The position numbers and the translations under genes were made by a program. 64,000 bases of DNA. It comes from Octopus vulgaris (Eukaryota). Below, piece by piece: positions 13,037 to 26,255 of the stretch. The notes beneath the pieces were generated by a model that did no database searches, was not told where the DNA came from, and saw only the letters and a list, made by a program, of their open reading frames with translations. The stretch is from positions 6,262,001 through 6,326,000 of the forward strand of contig OX597827.1 in assembly GCA_951406725.2 (NCBI GenBank), in the 5' to 3' direction. The stretch's first letter is position 1, and every line of letters starts with the position of its first letter.

Positions 13037-13811
13037 CGAAATCATTATTTTGAATGTGTGAAAATTGTCTACAAAATCAAATTTAAGAACAGAAGCACTG
13101 TCAGAGCATCATGTCAAGATGTTTTCTGTGATATTAAATATTTCAAAAAAAATCAGCAATGGTGAGATAAATATCAGAGATGCTTTGCTGCACACAAAAC
13201 CTGCAAGAGCTACTCAGAAATATTCCAAATTCTTCTTCTGTATTCATTACAATGTTGGAAACCCTTTTATTCCATCAGCAGATAACTCGGGGTCACAAGT
13301 ATTCCAGTACTTAGCCTGTATGCTTCACATAACAGGGCAGTGAAGTATGGATAAACCTTCACTTGTAGAAGGGTTCCATCTGGGGTCTCTTGTTCACTGG
13401 AACCACCTGTTGCCATGCCTCTCCCCTTGGTGACTGCCTTGAGTTTGTCTGGGTTTCAGACCATTCTTCTGCAGGGAAAAGCACATTGTGAGACCCAGAA
13501 CTGTTATGTTTTAAGTCTCTCAAGAAATTATGATTGTCATGTAACTTCAAGTGTGCCAGTCACAATAATATCTGTGTGTGCGTGTGTGTGAGTGTATGTG
13601 TGTGTTTGTGTGTGTGTGTGTGAATATGTGTATGTGTTTGTGCATGTGCGTAAATATATGTACCAATACTTATGTCTACATGCATCATTATCATTTAATG
13701 TTCCAATTTTCTATGCTTGCAGGCATTAGATGGTATTTACCACGGCAAGTTTTCTATGGGAGATTATAAATGAAGAACATTGCTGGTATGATGGTATTGC
13801 TTCCTTACGAC

Positions 13812-13930
13812 CATCATGTGATGTCAAGGACAAGAGTACAAACATCATGTGATGTCAAGGACAAGAATATACACATTATGTGATGTCAAGGACAAGAGTA
13901 CACACATGTGATGTCAAGGACAGGAGTACA
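13812..13930. repeat. Minisatellite, ~31-bp unit x4
   Basis: catcatgtgatgtcaaggacaagagtacaaa repeated. Confidence 0.85.
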
Positions 13931-14254
13931 CACACACACACATGCCCGCATGTGCACATACACACACGTATGCATGTACACACACACACATGCAGCATGC
14001 ATGCATGCATGCATGCACACACATTTTCACACACACACACACACACGTGCACATTTGCATGAACACATATGCACACATGCAAAGATACATATATATATAT
14101 ATATAGGTGCTGGAGCTACATAAAAAGCACTCAGTTTCTAAAGTGGCTGGCATTAGGAAGGGCATCCAGCACATACCAACACAGAAGATGTATAGACATG
14201 CTAAATGATGATGATGATGATGATGCTTTGTGTAAATATATGTGTGTGTGTGTG

Positions 14255-14481
14255 TATACATCACTAAAGTGACAAAGGGCACTAATTAGCACCAGTGTTG
14301 CTAGAAATAAGAGTTAAAACAACTCAATAGTCACAGAAACGCTATCTTAATTATTGACTTGGGAGCTTGCCTCACTTGTCAGTAATTAAGATAGTGCTTC
14401 CATGGTTACTGAGTTGTTTTGACTCTTATTTCTAGCAATATTAGTGCTGATTAGTGCTCTTTGTCACTTTAGTGATGTATA
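14255..14481. mobile_element. Palindromic foldback MITE
   Basis: tatacatcactaaagtgacaaagggcactaattagc... pairs with ...gctgattagtgctctttgtcactttagtgatgtata over ~100 bp arms around a short loop; TA-flanked. Confidence 0.85.
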
Positions 14482-14525
14482 TATTTCTGCCTTTATGTTG
14501 TAAAATTGCAAATTAGCCAACAATA

Positions 14526-14575
<50 letters not shown>

Positions 14576-14732
14576 CAAATCCACTTGCAAGACTTTTGTC
14601 AGCTCTGGGCTACAGTAGCAGTCCTGAGTAGGACTGAACCTGAAACCACATGATTGAGAAGAAAAATATTTAACCACACAACCATGCCTGCACCTACATA
14701 TACATACATACTTACATACACATATAAATATA

Positions 14733-14822
<90 letters not shown>

Positions 14823-14839
14823 CATATATATACATATAC

Positions 14840-14894
<55 letters not shown>

Positions 14895-14951
14895 GTGAAT
14901 TTTTAGTAAATTTGGTAGACAGGAAACTGAAAGAAGTCTATTGCATGTGTG

Positions 14952-14984
<33 letters not shown>

Positions 14985-15229
14985 GTGTGTGAGTGTGTGT
15001 GTATGTCTATATGTATATGTATATGTTGGCTTGCTTGCCTTGTCAGCAGGGTGGTGTCATTCAAAAGCTAAAATGATGCAAAGCATATTGTGACCAGTGA
15101 TGTATAACAACACCCAATAGTCTACTTGGTCATGCAATCATGTGATATATGTACACGCACACACACACACACACAACACATACACTAATACATGTACACA
15201 TCCTAGCCACTAGACCATTCACACACACC

Positions 15230-17285
15230 CCATACTATATAGGATACAAAAAGGAAGATGCTTTTAACATGTTGAGTAGACTAGGGATACCTACCACAAA
15301 TTGACTGAGAATTACAACAGATCAGAGAATGATGTTAAATAATGCCAAATCTCAGCTGAGCAAGACATTACATCATCCATATTAAAGGAGAACAGACTTG
15401 CAGATGCATTAGCTATAACAGAAATAAACGATAAATCTCATGCTAGTAACAACAATGTTATTGTGGATATAATAAGTTACTATAACAATATATAAAAGAG
15501 AAGGTTGAATAAAAAAGAAGATGAGTGAATCATGAGGAGGTTAAGTTAATTAAAACTTCAATTGGATGAAAGTAAAAATGGAAGGGAATGCATTTAGATG
15601 AAATTCAAAGTGATTTAGCAGCAATCAGGGGCAGAAATATCATTTTGAAATCACAGTTTTAGAAGGAAAATGTAATACAAGAGTACATTAGAGAAGATGA
15701 AAATGAAAATTTCTACCTTTGTTTATCTTGAAGGCATTCTGTCTAATCAAATTACATATATTTGTTTCTGAGTACATAAATAGATACAGACAAACAGACA
15801 GACAACAGACAGACAGATAGACACACACTCACACACACACACACGCACACACACATACAGATGGGCACACAGCATATATATATATATATATTTGTACATG
15901 TGAGTATATTTATATATATGTATATGTATATACATATATGTGTATATATATATACATGTGTGTGTGTATATATATATATATACATATATATGTATATGTA
16001 TGTATATATAAATAAATAAATATATATGTACATATGCATATGTCTATGTGCATGTATATATATATATATATATATATATTCATACATACATGCATATATA
16101 TATATATGTGTGTGTGTGTGGAGATGATTTGGTGATAACTGCAAAAGGTAAATCAAAACTATGACAGAAGAGAAACTACAGAGATGGAAAATGAAAATAT
16201 TGAAACCATAAACAAGATGGCAAAATATTTCTTTTTTCAGAAGTGGGGAAACCATTTTAGAAGTAGATAATCAGAAGACCGTATAATTTCTATTAAATAA
16301 GAACAACTTCCATTAAGTAAAAGTAACATGGGAAAAAAAAACACAAAACACTTTTGCCTATACAGAACGCAGCAATGAAATACAAAAGAGAAACAAACAA
16401 GACCGAAACACTGAAATCAAAACAGATAGGATTAAAGAAACAAGGGGAAAAAAATAACAGGATAAAAATAGAACCACAAAACATACTCAAGATGAAACAG
16501 AGAGAAAAATCACTCCATGGCCATTACCTTGTGAGGTTTAACAGAGAAGATGTGAGCCTAAGTGAAAGCCAACAATAACTCAAAAGCATTGGATTAAAAG
16601 CAGAAATGGAAGGATTGATTCTTACTGCCCAAGATCAATGCTTGACCACAAAGAACTATAAAAGCAGTTATAAGGAAAACTGGCCCTTACAGGAAATGCA
16701 AAATGTGCAACAAGCACAATGAGACAGTTGACCACATCATCTCTGGCTACCCAGTCCTGGTCAAGTCTAAATATATATATATATACAGACATGACTGAGT
16801 GAGTAGCTACAGCCACTGGACAATTAGCCAACACCTCAACATAAAAAACAAACAAGAAGTGGTATAAAATATGTCAAACAAACAAGGTACATGAGAAGAA
16901 CTGGGTCATAATTGTTTGGGATATGTCTGTTCAAACCAACAAAGGAATCAAAGGGAATCACCCAGACATAATAATCAAGGATTATGGGGAAAAAAATCAC
17001 ATGCTTACTAAAAGAAACTGTGGTTCATTATGACCAAAATATTGTTCAAAATGAAGTGGAGAAGCTGTCAAAATTGAAAGATTTTGAAACTGAAATATTC
17101 AAGATGTGGGGCATGAAAGCAGAAATAATACCAGTAATAACAGGGGCATTGGGTATGATAAAAATGCATATGAAGAAAGAAGTAGAAGCCACGACACAAC
17201 AAATTATCCAGAAACAGCCCAACTAGGAACAGCCCACATCCTACGCAAGACACTATCAATTTGGTAGCACAAGACACACTCTATA
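15230..17285 (+). mobile_element. Decayed R4/Dong-clade (RLE-type) non-LTR retrotransposon, internally deleted and split by a microsatellite
   Basis: Frameshifted fragments KSLHGH.., LKAEMEGLILTAQDQCLTT, CKMC..NETVDHIISG (zinc knuckle), WDMSVQTNKGIKGNHPDII (PD of the RLE) and IIPVITGALGMI at 16500-17170. The assignment of 15230-15740 as the 5' part is weaker. Confidence 0.75.
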
Positions 17286-17480
17286 CAATGAGTATCTAAT
17301 AAAATGAAGAATCTCCACATGTAATCAGCAAGTTGGATACCAATCACAGCAACTCAACATACAATACAAACAGGCACTCCATTGGTTACGATGACATGTG
17401 TTCCAGTTAATCTGATCAATGGAACAGCCTGCTCATGAAATTAACGTGTAAGAGGCTGAGCACTCCACAAATATGCATAC

Positions 17481-17898
17481 CTATTTCTTTACTACCCACA
17501 AGGGGCTAAACACAGAGGGGACAAACAAGGACAGACAAATGGATTAAGTCGATTACATCGACTCCAGTGCGTAACTGTTACTTAATTTATTGACCTCGAG
17601 AGGATGAAAGGCAAAGTCAACCTCAGCAGAATTTGAACTCAGAACGTAGCGGCAGACGAAATACCTATTTCTTTACTACTCACAAGGAGCTAAACACAGA
17701 GAGGACAAACAAGGACAGACAAACGGATTAAGTCGATTACATCGACCCCAGTGCGTAACTGGTACTTAATTTATCGACCCCGAAAGGATGAAAGGCAAAG
17801 TCAACCTCGGCAGAATTTGAACCCACAACGTAACGACAGACGAAATACCGCTAAGCATTTCACCTGGCATGCTAACGTTTCTGCCAACTCGCCGCCTT
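17481..17898 (-). mobile_element. Young SINE family B dimer inserted in a family D SINE
   Basis: Minus-strand head GGCGGCGAGTTGGCAGAAACGTTAGC, B box GGTTCAAATTC and core GCCTTTCATCCTTTCGGGGTCGATAAATTAAGTACCAG. Two head-to-tail units; the host element resumes at 17900. Confidence 0.85.
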
Positions 17899-18061
17899 CC
17901 ACCTTAATGTTATTCACAGGGAGATTCAGTGTGACACAGAAAGTTACAAGGCTCATTTTTGAAAAGTTGAGTTGCTCAAAGATACAATGTGCCACCAGGA
18001 ATCGAACTCATGGCCTTACAATTGTAACCCTAACCATTAAGCTGCATGCTTTCACACAATA

Positions 18062-18238
18062 CAAGGGGGTGCTGAAAAGTTCCTGCCTTTAAGGGTATTA
18101 TGAAGGGCCTGGTTGAAAGCTCAACCTTTCAAGTGCTTTTACAGAAAAACCGAAGGACAGCAGCAATAAGTATGTGAATCTGAGGGGGGGAATATGTTGG
18201 ATAAAACCATAATTAACTGAACTTTTCAGCACCCCTTG
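18062..18238 (+). mobile_element. Mariner-derived MITE
   Basis: TIRs caagggggtgctgaaaagttc / gaacttttcagcaccccttg with TA at the left end. An internal remnant resembles the transposase C-terminus (..KYVNL.GEYV..). Confidence 0.75.
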
Positions 18239-18439
18239 TTCAAATACTAATAGAACAAAAGACTCAAGTCTACCTTTGTAACAAAGCAAACTGATACAAT
18301 ACAGTAATGTGAAGTGTTTGTACTCCCCCAGCACCAACAAAAAACAAGGAAACACAATGCTCACACACCTCAGGAACACAGAGGTGTACCAGGTGATGCA
18401 GCAGAAATTTTCCTGAAACTATCGAATAATAATGAAATT

Positions 18440-19173
18440 AATTATGGCTTCAAATTTTGGCACAAGGCCAGCAGGTTTGAGGGAAGATGCAAGTCAGTTA
18501 CATCAACCACAGTGGTCCCTTATTATGTCAACCCTGAAGGTGCACACATGCACACACATCTCTGTATGTATTTTTGTGCCTGTGTTTGTCCCCACTCTCC
18601 CACCACTCAATAGTGTTGGTTTGTTAATGTCCTCATGACTTAGCAGTTCAGCAAAAGTGATTGATAAAATAAGTACCAGACTTTAAAAAATGAAAAAAAA
18701 TTCCTGGAGTCAATTTCTTCAACCCTTCAAGGCAGTGCCCCACCATGGCCACAGTCCAGCGACTGGAACTAGTAAAAGATAAAAAGCTATTCAGTCGACC
18801 TCAGTGGAATTTGAACTCAGAACATAAAAGACAGATGAAATGCTGCTAAGCATTTTGCCCAGCATGATAACAATTCTGCCAGTTTGCCACCTAGAGTAGC
18901 AGTAATAGTAGTAGTGGTGGTGGTGGTGGTGGTAAAAATGAAAACAAGAAATTATCCTCCTTTCTACTAGGCATAAGGGCCTGATATCATGGGGGACAGG
19001 GATAGTCAATTACATTGACTCCAGTATTCAACTGGTACTTTTTTCATTGACCCTGAAAGAATGAAAGGCAAAGTCAACCTTAGTAGAATTTGAAATAAGA
19101 ATGTAAAGAGCTGGAAAAGAGCTGCTAAGCATTTTGTCCAGAATGGTAACGATTCTGCTAGCTTACCACCTTG

Positions 19174-19246
<73 letters not shown>

Positions 19247-19253
19247 TAATAAC

Positions 19254-19295
<42 letters not shown>

Positions 19296-19500
19296 CCTTT
19301 CTACTAAAGGTACAAAGTCTGAAATTTTGAGGGAGAGGACTGGTCGAATACATCAACCCCAGTACTCCACTGCTAATTAATTTATTGACCCCAAAAGGAT
19401 AAAAAGAAAAGTTGCCCTCATCAGAATTTGAACTCAGAATGTAGCACAGGCAAACTACAGCTAAGCATTTCACCAGGAATGCTAATGATTCTGCCAGCTC
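18440..19500 (-). mobile_element. Three degenerate SINE family B copies, the first interrupted by a 250-bp duplication
   Basis: B-family core at 18440-18540 plus 18792-18890, at 18960-19172 and at 19297-19500. Confidence 0.72.
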
Positions 19501-19592
19501 ACTACATTAATAATAATAGCAATAATGATAATAATAATAGTAATAATAATATTGGTGTTAGTAATAGTAGTAGTAGTAGTAGTAGTAGTAGC

Positions 19593-19623
<31 letters not shown>

Positions 19624-19775
19624 AAAAACGAAATTATAATAATAATGATAATATTAAAATATATGTTCCTTTTGTAAACACAAAATAATTTTTGAAGATA
19701 AATTATTGAAAATTTATTATAGACAAAAATAAAACATAGGTTTAAATAATTAAAAATGCAACACATGCAAATATA

Positions 19776-19810
<35 letters not shown>

Positions 19811-20573
19811 TGCTTGCCCATGTGCAGACACATAGCACACACATATATGTATATACACATACACACAAACACTCACCCATGTGCACATACACTCACACAT
19901 ACACACACACACACAGACAAATAATAAATTATCCAGTGACTGAATTTTTCAGACAAGTGAGGTACATCAAAGAAAAGATATAACCATTATTTTCGTAATG
20001 AATTGATCTTAAAAATAAATAAAAAAAAATGTTTTGCAGAAAAAGCTGGAGAAATAGAAAGGATTATGGTAAAAGTGAGACAATCTAGATTTCTAGATAG
20101 CAAAAGATAAAAGGAAGGCAAATACAAACAATGTAAAATAGAAAACTGTTATGTATTGACTAAGAAAACAAACTGTGAAGCTCGTTAGATAGGTAAAAAT
20201 ATTATATTTTCAGGGATATTTCTCTCCACACACTTGAACAAATATGTGAATGCAAAATGTTTGTATTTTATCAAAGCATTAAAGATCCTATATTAAACCT
20301 TGACTGTGTGATGCACACATACTCTCTATCTCACACATACACACACAAAAAAGATTTTCAGTGGGGAAGCATTTACATATATATATATACGTGTGTGTGT
20401 GTGTGTGTCTATATATATATAAATATAAATAATAAGCAGTACTATGAAGTTGCATAGCATTACCTTTAATTCTTTAATTTATATACTGCCTTACCTAGAT
20501 CATATATGAATTTATGTGTGTGTGTGTGTGTGTGTGCGCATATACATATCTGTATATATATATCTATATATAC

Positions 20574-20604
<31 letters not shown>

Positions 20605-21282
20605 CACACACACATCTGTGTGTGTATTTTTGTTCCTGTGTTTGTCCCCCCTCTCCCACCACTCAATAGTGTTGGTTTGTTAATGTCCTCATGACTTAGC
20701 AGTTCAGCAAAAGTGATTGATAAAATAAGTACCAGATTTTAAGAAAATGAAAAAAAATAATTCCTGGAGTCAATTTCTTCAACCCTTCAAGGCAGTGCCC
20801 CACCATGGCCACAGTCCAACGACCGGAACAAGCAAAAGATAAAAAGCTACCAGTAATTGCTAGTGTGTATGGCCAGTCACAATGATGAGCATTTCAGTTC
20901 ATACAATCAACTGAGGAGCCTGCTTGTTAAATTAACATGCAAGTGGCTGAGCACTCCACAAACACATGTACCCATAACATAGTTTCCAGGGAGATACAGT
21001 GTAACACAAATTGTGATTAAGGCTGGCCCCTTTGAATTTCAAGCACTACTCATTTTTGCCAACTGAGTGGACTGGGGCCACGAAAAATAAAGTTTCTTGC
21101 TGAAGGACACAATGGACTGTCAGGAATTAAGCTCACAATCTTATGATCATGAGCTGAATACCTTAGAAATATAATTATTACAAAAAAAGTATTGAATAAT
21201 CAAAGTGTTTTGGGTTTTTCATTTGCAAATGCTTCTCTATCAATTACCAAATAATTCATCATCATCATCATCATCATCATCA

Positions 21283-21627
21283 TTTAGCGTCTGCTTTCCA
21301 TGCTAGCATGGGTTGGACGGTTCAACTGGGGTCTGTGAAGCCAGAAGGCTGCATCAGGCCCAGTCTGATCTGGCAGTGTTTCTACGGCTGGATGCCCTTC
21401 CTAACGCCAACCACTCCGTGAGTGTAGTGGGTGCTTTTTACGTGCCACCTGCACAGGTGCCAGACGAGGCTGGCGAACGGCCACGCTCAGATGGTGCTTT
21501 TTACGTGCCACCTGCACAGACGGAGCTGGCAAATGGCCACGGATGGATGGTGCTTTTTACGTGCCACCGGCATGGGGGCCAGGCGAGGCTGGCAACAGCC
21601 ATGATCGGATGGTGCTTTTTACGTGCC
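21283..21627 (-). mobile_element. RTE LINE 3' end (family C) with internal repeats and (GAT)n tail
   Basis: Homologous to 48033-48395 and 32690-33200; repeated gtggcacgtaaaaagcacc motif. Confidence 0.8.
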
Positions 21628-21629
21628 AA

Positions 21630-22107
21630 AATAAAAATAAAATTACGGAGATGTACTTGCATAGCAAGTGACCTAATCTGAGATCGTGTAGTGTAACGAA
21701 AACAATTGCAGCATGGAAGGTGTTTATAAGCCATTTAAGAAACACACAAAATCCATTAGATTCACTTCAACATTTAAATTTAATTTGTAAAAATATTTTC
21801 GTCGCTTTGAGACCGCAACCTGTTCACTGACAAAGATTTCTCTCACTCCAAGTTGTTGGCTTTGTTTTGAGTCCTGCAGAGTGCCCAACAAAAGCCACCT
21901 TCCTTAGCAAAGCAGGCTTGGTAGTATTTTAGGGTTAGTCACTGCCAACCTGACTATATTACAGACGCAGCACAGAATTTTGTAAGTGAACAGGTCGCGG
22001 TCTCAAAGCGACGAAAATATTTTGACAAATTAAATTTAAATGTTGGAGTGAATCTAACGGTTTTTGTGTGTTTCTTAAATGGCTTATAAACACCTTCCAC
22101 ACTGCAA
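21630..22107. mobile_element. Penelope-like inverted-repeat element (~130 bp arms) with a variant hammerhead in each arm
   Basis: 21706-21834 is the reverse complement of 21979-22107. Consensus of the two arms: TTTGTCA-GTGAACA-G-GTCGC..GCGAC-GAAA-ATAT-TT-TGACAAA. Confidence 0.7.
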
Positions 22108-22804
22108 AATAAACTTATACTTTTCACATTCTATGTGCCATTTCTTAAGGTCCACCAGCAATGTTAATGAAATGACTACAGCAAGTTGTCACCGCACTAA
22201 TTTATAGGTTTGGTGTTCAATTCTGGAGAATGTAAACAAACCTCTGTAAGGATCAGAAACAATTTTATTGTAAATAAACACTCCTAGAAATTCATCACAG
22301 TTATTCTGCACAGCCAGGCAAACTAAAACGGTGAAGTGGAATTATGTATATAGCCAGAAACAAAATGAGATACTTCATTAATGGCAGTAATAACATTAAT
22401 GAAGTGTTTCATTAATGACAATTTCTTTTTAACAATAGAAGTTTCCGTTGTCTTGTCCCCAGTATTATTACGATAGAAAGTGACTTCTAGACATTGATTA
22501 TATTCGCTAATTACGGAGATGGTCGTTATAAAACTTAATAATGAGGTTTTAGAGCAAAATGACCAATCAACAGACTGTAAATCTTCAGTGCAGAAGAAAA
22601 GTTACAAGTCAACAGAACAATGCAATAATCACTCAGCCACTTTGCCTAAGGAAAAAAAGAAATATTATGATCAAAATACCACTTTTTTAGTATTGGCACA
22701 AGCATCAGCAATTGAAGGGAGATATTAGAGAGGGTAAATGCCTGTGCCTGAAACATTTTAAAGTGAAGAAGGGCCTTGTACAGGGTCAGTCCCACTCTCC
22801 AGAC

Positions 22805-23060
22805 TAGTGGTTCTCAACCAGTTTTCTCCTTTGGAATCCTTTGATTCTTATTTTACATGGATGACCCTCAGAGCCATTCAATGTTTGAAAAATCTTATAC
22901 TTTAAGGATTAAATATTATGAAGAATTGTATAAGAAAAAATTGTTAAAACATTTGGTGTTTTGTAAAAGTATAACCAACGTATTGCACATAAATTTTAAC
23001 AAAAAAAAAAATTATATATGGACCCCCAAGAAACACATGGACCCTAGTTGAGAACTGCTG
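22805..23060. mobile_element. hAT (Charlie-like) MITE
   Basis: TIRs tagtggttctcaac / gttgagaactgctg; imperfect 8-bp TSD ctccagac / ctctaaac. Confidence 0.75.
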
Positions 23061-23382
23061 CTCTAAACAATGTATGCACTTGCCTCAAAAGAAAAGCTAG
23101 TCTATATTATTCAATACAGATGAATTTGCAGGTGTTACATTTGAGTTTTCCTTCTAGTGAATTGCCTAAACAAAGACTAGATTTCTCTCACCCCCAGTTG
23201 TTAGGTGGCTGTTGACTATGCTGAGGTCATCAGCCTATTGACAGGTTTTATTTTGAGTCCTGCAGAGTGTCCAACTAAAGCCACCTTACTTAGCAAAACA
23301 GGCTTGGTAGTATTTCATGTGTAGTCACTGCCAACCTGACCAGGTTACAGATTGTACTGTTTCATGTTACCAGTAGCATTAA

Positions 23383-23603
23383 CTCTTTAGTGTTTAGGTT
23401 ATTCTATCAAGCATAATGCTTATTGATTCACATTGTCTTGAATTAATCATGCATCATCTCATACCATTTGAGTTTTGGATTAGTTGAATGCTTATTCTTA
23501 GAATGACATTGTAGGGTTGGTGTGAGAGCCTAGGTCTGATCAGTTTGAATATAAAACAAGAAGAATATTTTGGCCGGATATGGCCAGTTTAAAAGCTAAA
23601 AGG
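23383..23603. mobile_element. TTAA-flanked MITE (second copy at ~9541-9745)
   Basis: TTAA at both ends, TIR ctctttag / ctaaaagg; the body is homologous to 9541-9745. Confidence 0.65.
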
Positions 23604-24098
23604 TTAATTAAAGAAAAATTCTAGCATTGGATAGAATTCCTCACAGTATTTGATCCAATACTCTGTCTTGATTTCTAATCCTGCCAAGTCAACTTTGCAG
23701 TGGATTGGTGGAACTTTTTGGGTATCAGGTAAGCTGATTTGCTGTATCAGTTCTGACTACATTCTGAAAGTAGTTCCTGCAATGACATTGGTACCAAACT
23801 GTATTGGCTGAAGGCAGTAGTCTTTCCTTTGGATAAACATAAGTGCTATGAAGAAAGAAAAAGGCTTGCATTGCATGGGTAGCAACTGTCTGTCTTCTTC
23901 AAAACAGCTAGCCAAAGCTTATATCGGTGTAGATATAGGGTCAAACCTGATCAACTGAAGCCCCTAGAAATTGATTCTGATATTTGCCTGGTATTTATTT
24001 TATTGGTTATAGGCCATGAGACTGAGAACCTTTTGATTCTTACACACACACGCACACACACACACCCACACATACACACACACACACAACATACATAC

Positions 24099-25410
24099 TG
24101 TTGTATCACCAATTGTTATGATGATACTTTTTTACACTATAACCATGTAGTAACAATAAAACATATAACAAAGCAGGGTAACGACAATGTAACAATCCAA
24201 CAGATTCTCCATGAACTATACATGAACCAAGAAATGATATTCCAACAAGTCTATTCTTGCAGGGGGTGTCGTGACTCTCACCACAACATCTCTCCTTTCA
24301 AGATGTTGGCTTCCATAGGAAACGAAATTTGTCTTATTTTATCATTATTATTATTATTTTTTTCTTTCCAACACTTCTCCCTTTTTGAGATTTTGATTCC
24401 CTAGGGAGTTCAATACCGTTTCCACTCAGGAATTATTTCTAAATGTTCAGTCTGTTTATGTTTTCTATTACTGCTCCTTCTAGGCTCAATCTCTTTTGGC
24501 GCTGGCACGTCAAACATGTCATAAAACACTTCCATTGGAATTTCCTTCATTTCTTCCATATTTCTAGTTTTTAATTGATTTAAGTGTCTCTTATATTCCC
24601 ATCATTGGCTTTTCATTAAATACATCATGTTTCCAGTTCTTTTAGTCATTATACCCTCCTCCCAAACTTTTTACCATTCTTGTATATTTTGAAATGGACT
24701 TTGTCTCAAACATCAAAATGCTTTGTTGAATTTTTCGTATTTTCTCAACACATTTTTTCTTTGGCAACAATTTGTCGGAGATAGATTTTGTCTTCCAAGT
24801 GAACAGTAGCTCTGCAGGTGACTTGCCTGAACTGGTATTTTTCTGTACACCCTTAAGAATTGAGTTAGTGCTTCGTCATTTCCTAACTCATTCTTTGCCT
24901 TTTTTTAGTGCTCACTTAAAAGTGTCTATGAACCATTCTGCTTGCTCATTTGATCTTGGGTGTCAGAAAAATCGACACACATCCTGATTTTGTTTGTTTT
25001 TTTTTTTTCCTAATACACACAGTTGGTGCTGCCCATTTAGAATGATCTACTTTTTGAATAATTCCAATTTTCTTTAGTCTGTCTAATTCTTCAACTACCT
25101 GTTTTATTGCAGCATAAAGTACCTTTCTATTAGGTTTGAACATAGGTACAACGATTTCATTTATTTGAAAACATGCTTCAGTCTTAGTACAGAGGCCTAA
25201 TTTATCAGACAACACTTCAGGGAACAGGTTTTTTAATGTTTTCTTCAATTCATTTGATGAGTTACTTTTACTGGTGGGACAATCATTTACAGCACAGACT
25301 TATAGGGAGGTCCCACAAATCAAACAACTCCATCCAATCCTTACAGAACAGATTGGTTGCATTTTTTAACATGAAAACTTTTGCTCTACAGGTTTTACCA
25401 CGAACTTGGA
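24099..25410 (-). mobile_element. Decayed Ty3/gypsy LTR retrotransposon (pol fragments, PPT and 3' LTR)
   Basis: ORF 24946-25248 FPEVLSDKLGLCTK...EELDRLKKIGIIQKVDHSKWAAPTV matches the N-terminus of gypsy RT. An integrase remnant SNEQAEWFIDTFK lies near 24915-24955. The polypurine tract TGAAAGGAGAGA (24289-24300) abuts a TGTTG...CAACA-bounded LTR at 24099-24288. Confidence 0.85.
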
Positions 25411-26043
25411 TTTACTAATCCGTAGAATTACAGTGGCGTTGCTCACCCTGAACAATACTTGATGCTTATAACTACTTCATGTGGTTAGCCAGAACCTGGA
25501 ATACACCTGAGAGTTATTATGGTCCCCAGCCGGATAATTTATCCCTATATTCTCATCGTATATATTGATAAATATATATATAAAATGAGGTAGTTTTGGT
25601 GAAGTATTGTGAGGTATAACTTTAAAGAAGGTTGTTGTGTAAGGCTCTAACAATGCAAAGTAAGCTACAAAAGAAAAAGGAAACAGAATAAAGTTGCAGT
25701 TTTACTTTCTAGTTCTATACTTCAGGGTGAAGACCTCACTCTTCAGGACATTTTGAAAAAGTGGTAGTTGAGAAAGTTCATTGCTCAGATGTGTATATAT
25801 AGGTATGTTAATGCAAACAGGAAAAAAAAAACGTCAAAATATGAGTGTATGTATATTTTTTATTAATATTTAGTAAAAGGTCTGAGAGTTTCATGCATTG
25901 GCACTTATCAAACTAGTCTGTGCCATCAATGCACAAAACTTTTGGAACTTGAATCACTCTGTTACTTCTGCTAAATATTAATATATATATATATGTTTAA
26001 TGAAATTTGGGAAATAAAATTCATATATATATATATATATATA

Positions 26044-26255
26044 TAACGGGAAGATTTACAAAAATAAACAAAAGACGAAGGCAGGTGGAGTACAAACAAG
26101 CAAATGTATTAGTATGGCGCTCAGGAATAGAAATAGAAAAAGTCTTTTACGTTTCGAGCCTACACTCTTCGACAGAAAGATACACAGAAAAAAAACACGG
26201 AGAGAAACAAGGAGAGAAAAAAAATGCATGTAGGAGCTAACGGTCTATCATGGTA
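26044..26255 (-). mobile_element. Short hammerhead-bearing Penelope-like element in (TA)n
   Basis: Minus 26143-26180 reads TCTTT-CTGTCGA-A-GAGT-gtag-GCTC-GAAA-CG-TA-AAAGA; TA repeats on both sides. Confidence 0.65.

Noticed and set aside
25690-25920. Additional hammerhead-like motifs (minus CTGAAGAG...; TGATAAGTGC..GCATGAAAC)
   Set aside because: Stems I and III could not be formed convincingly; too degenerate to call.
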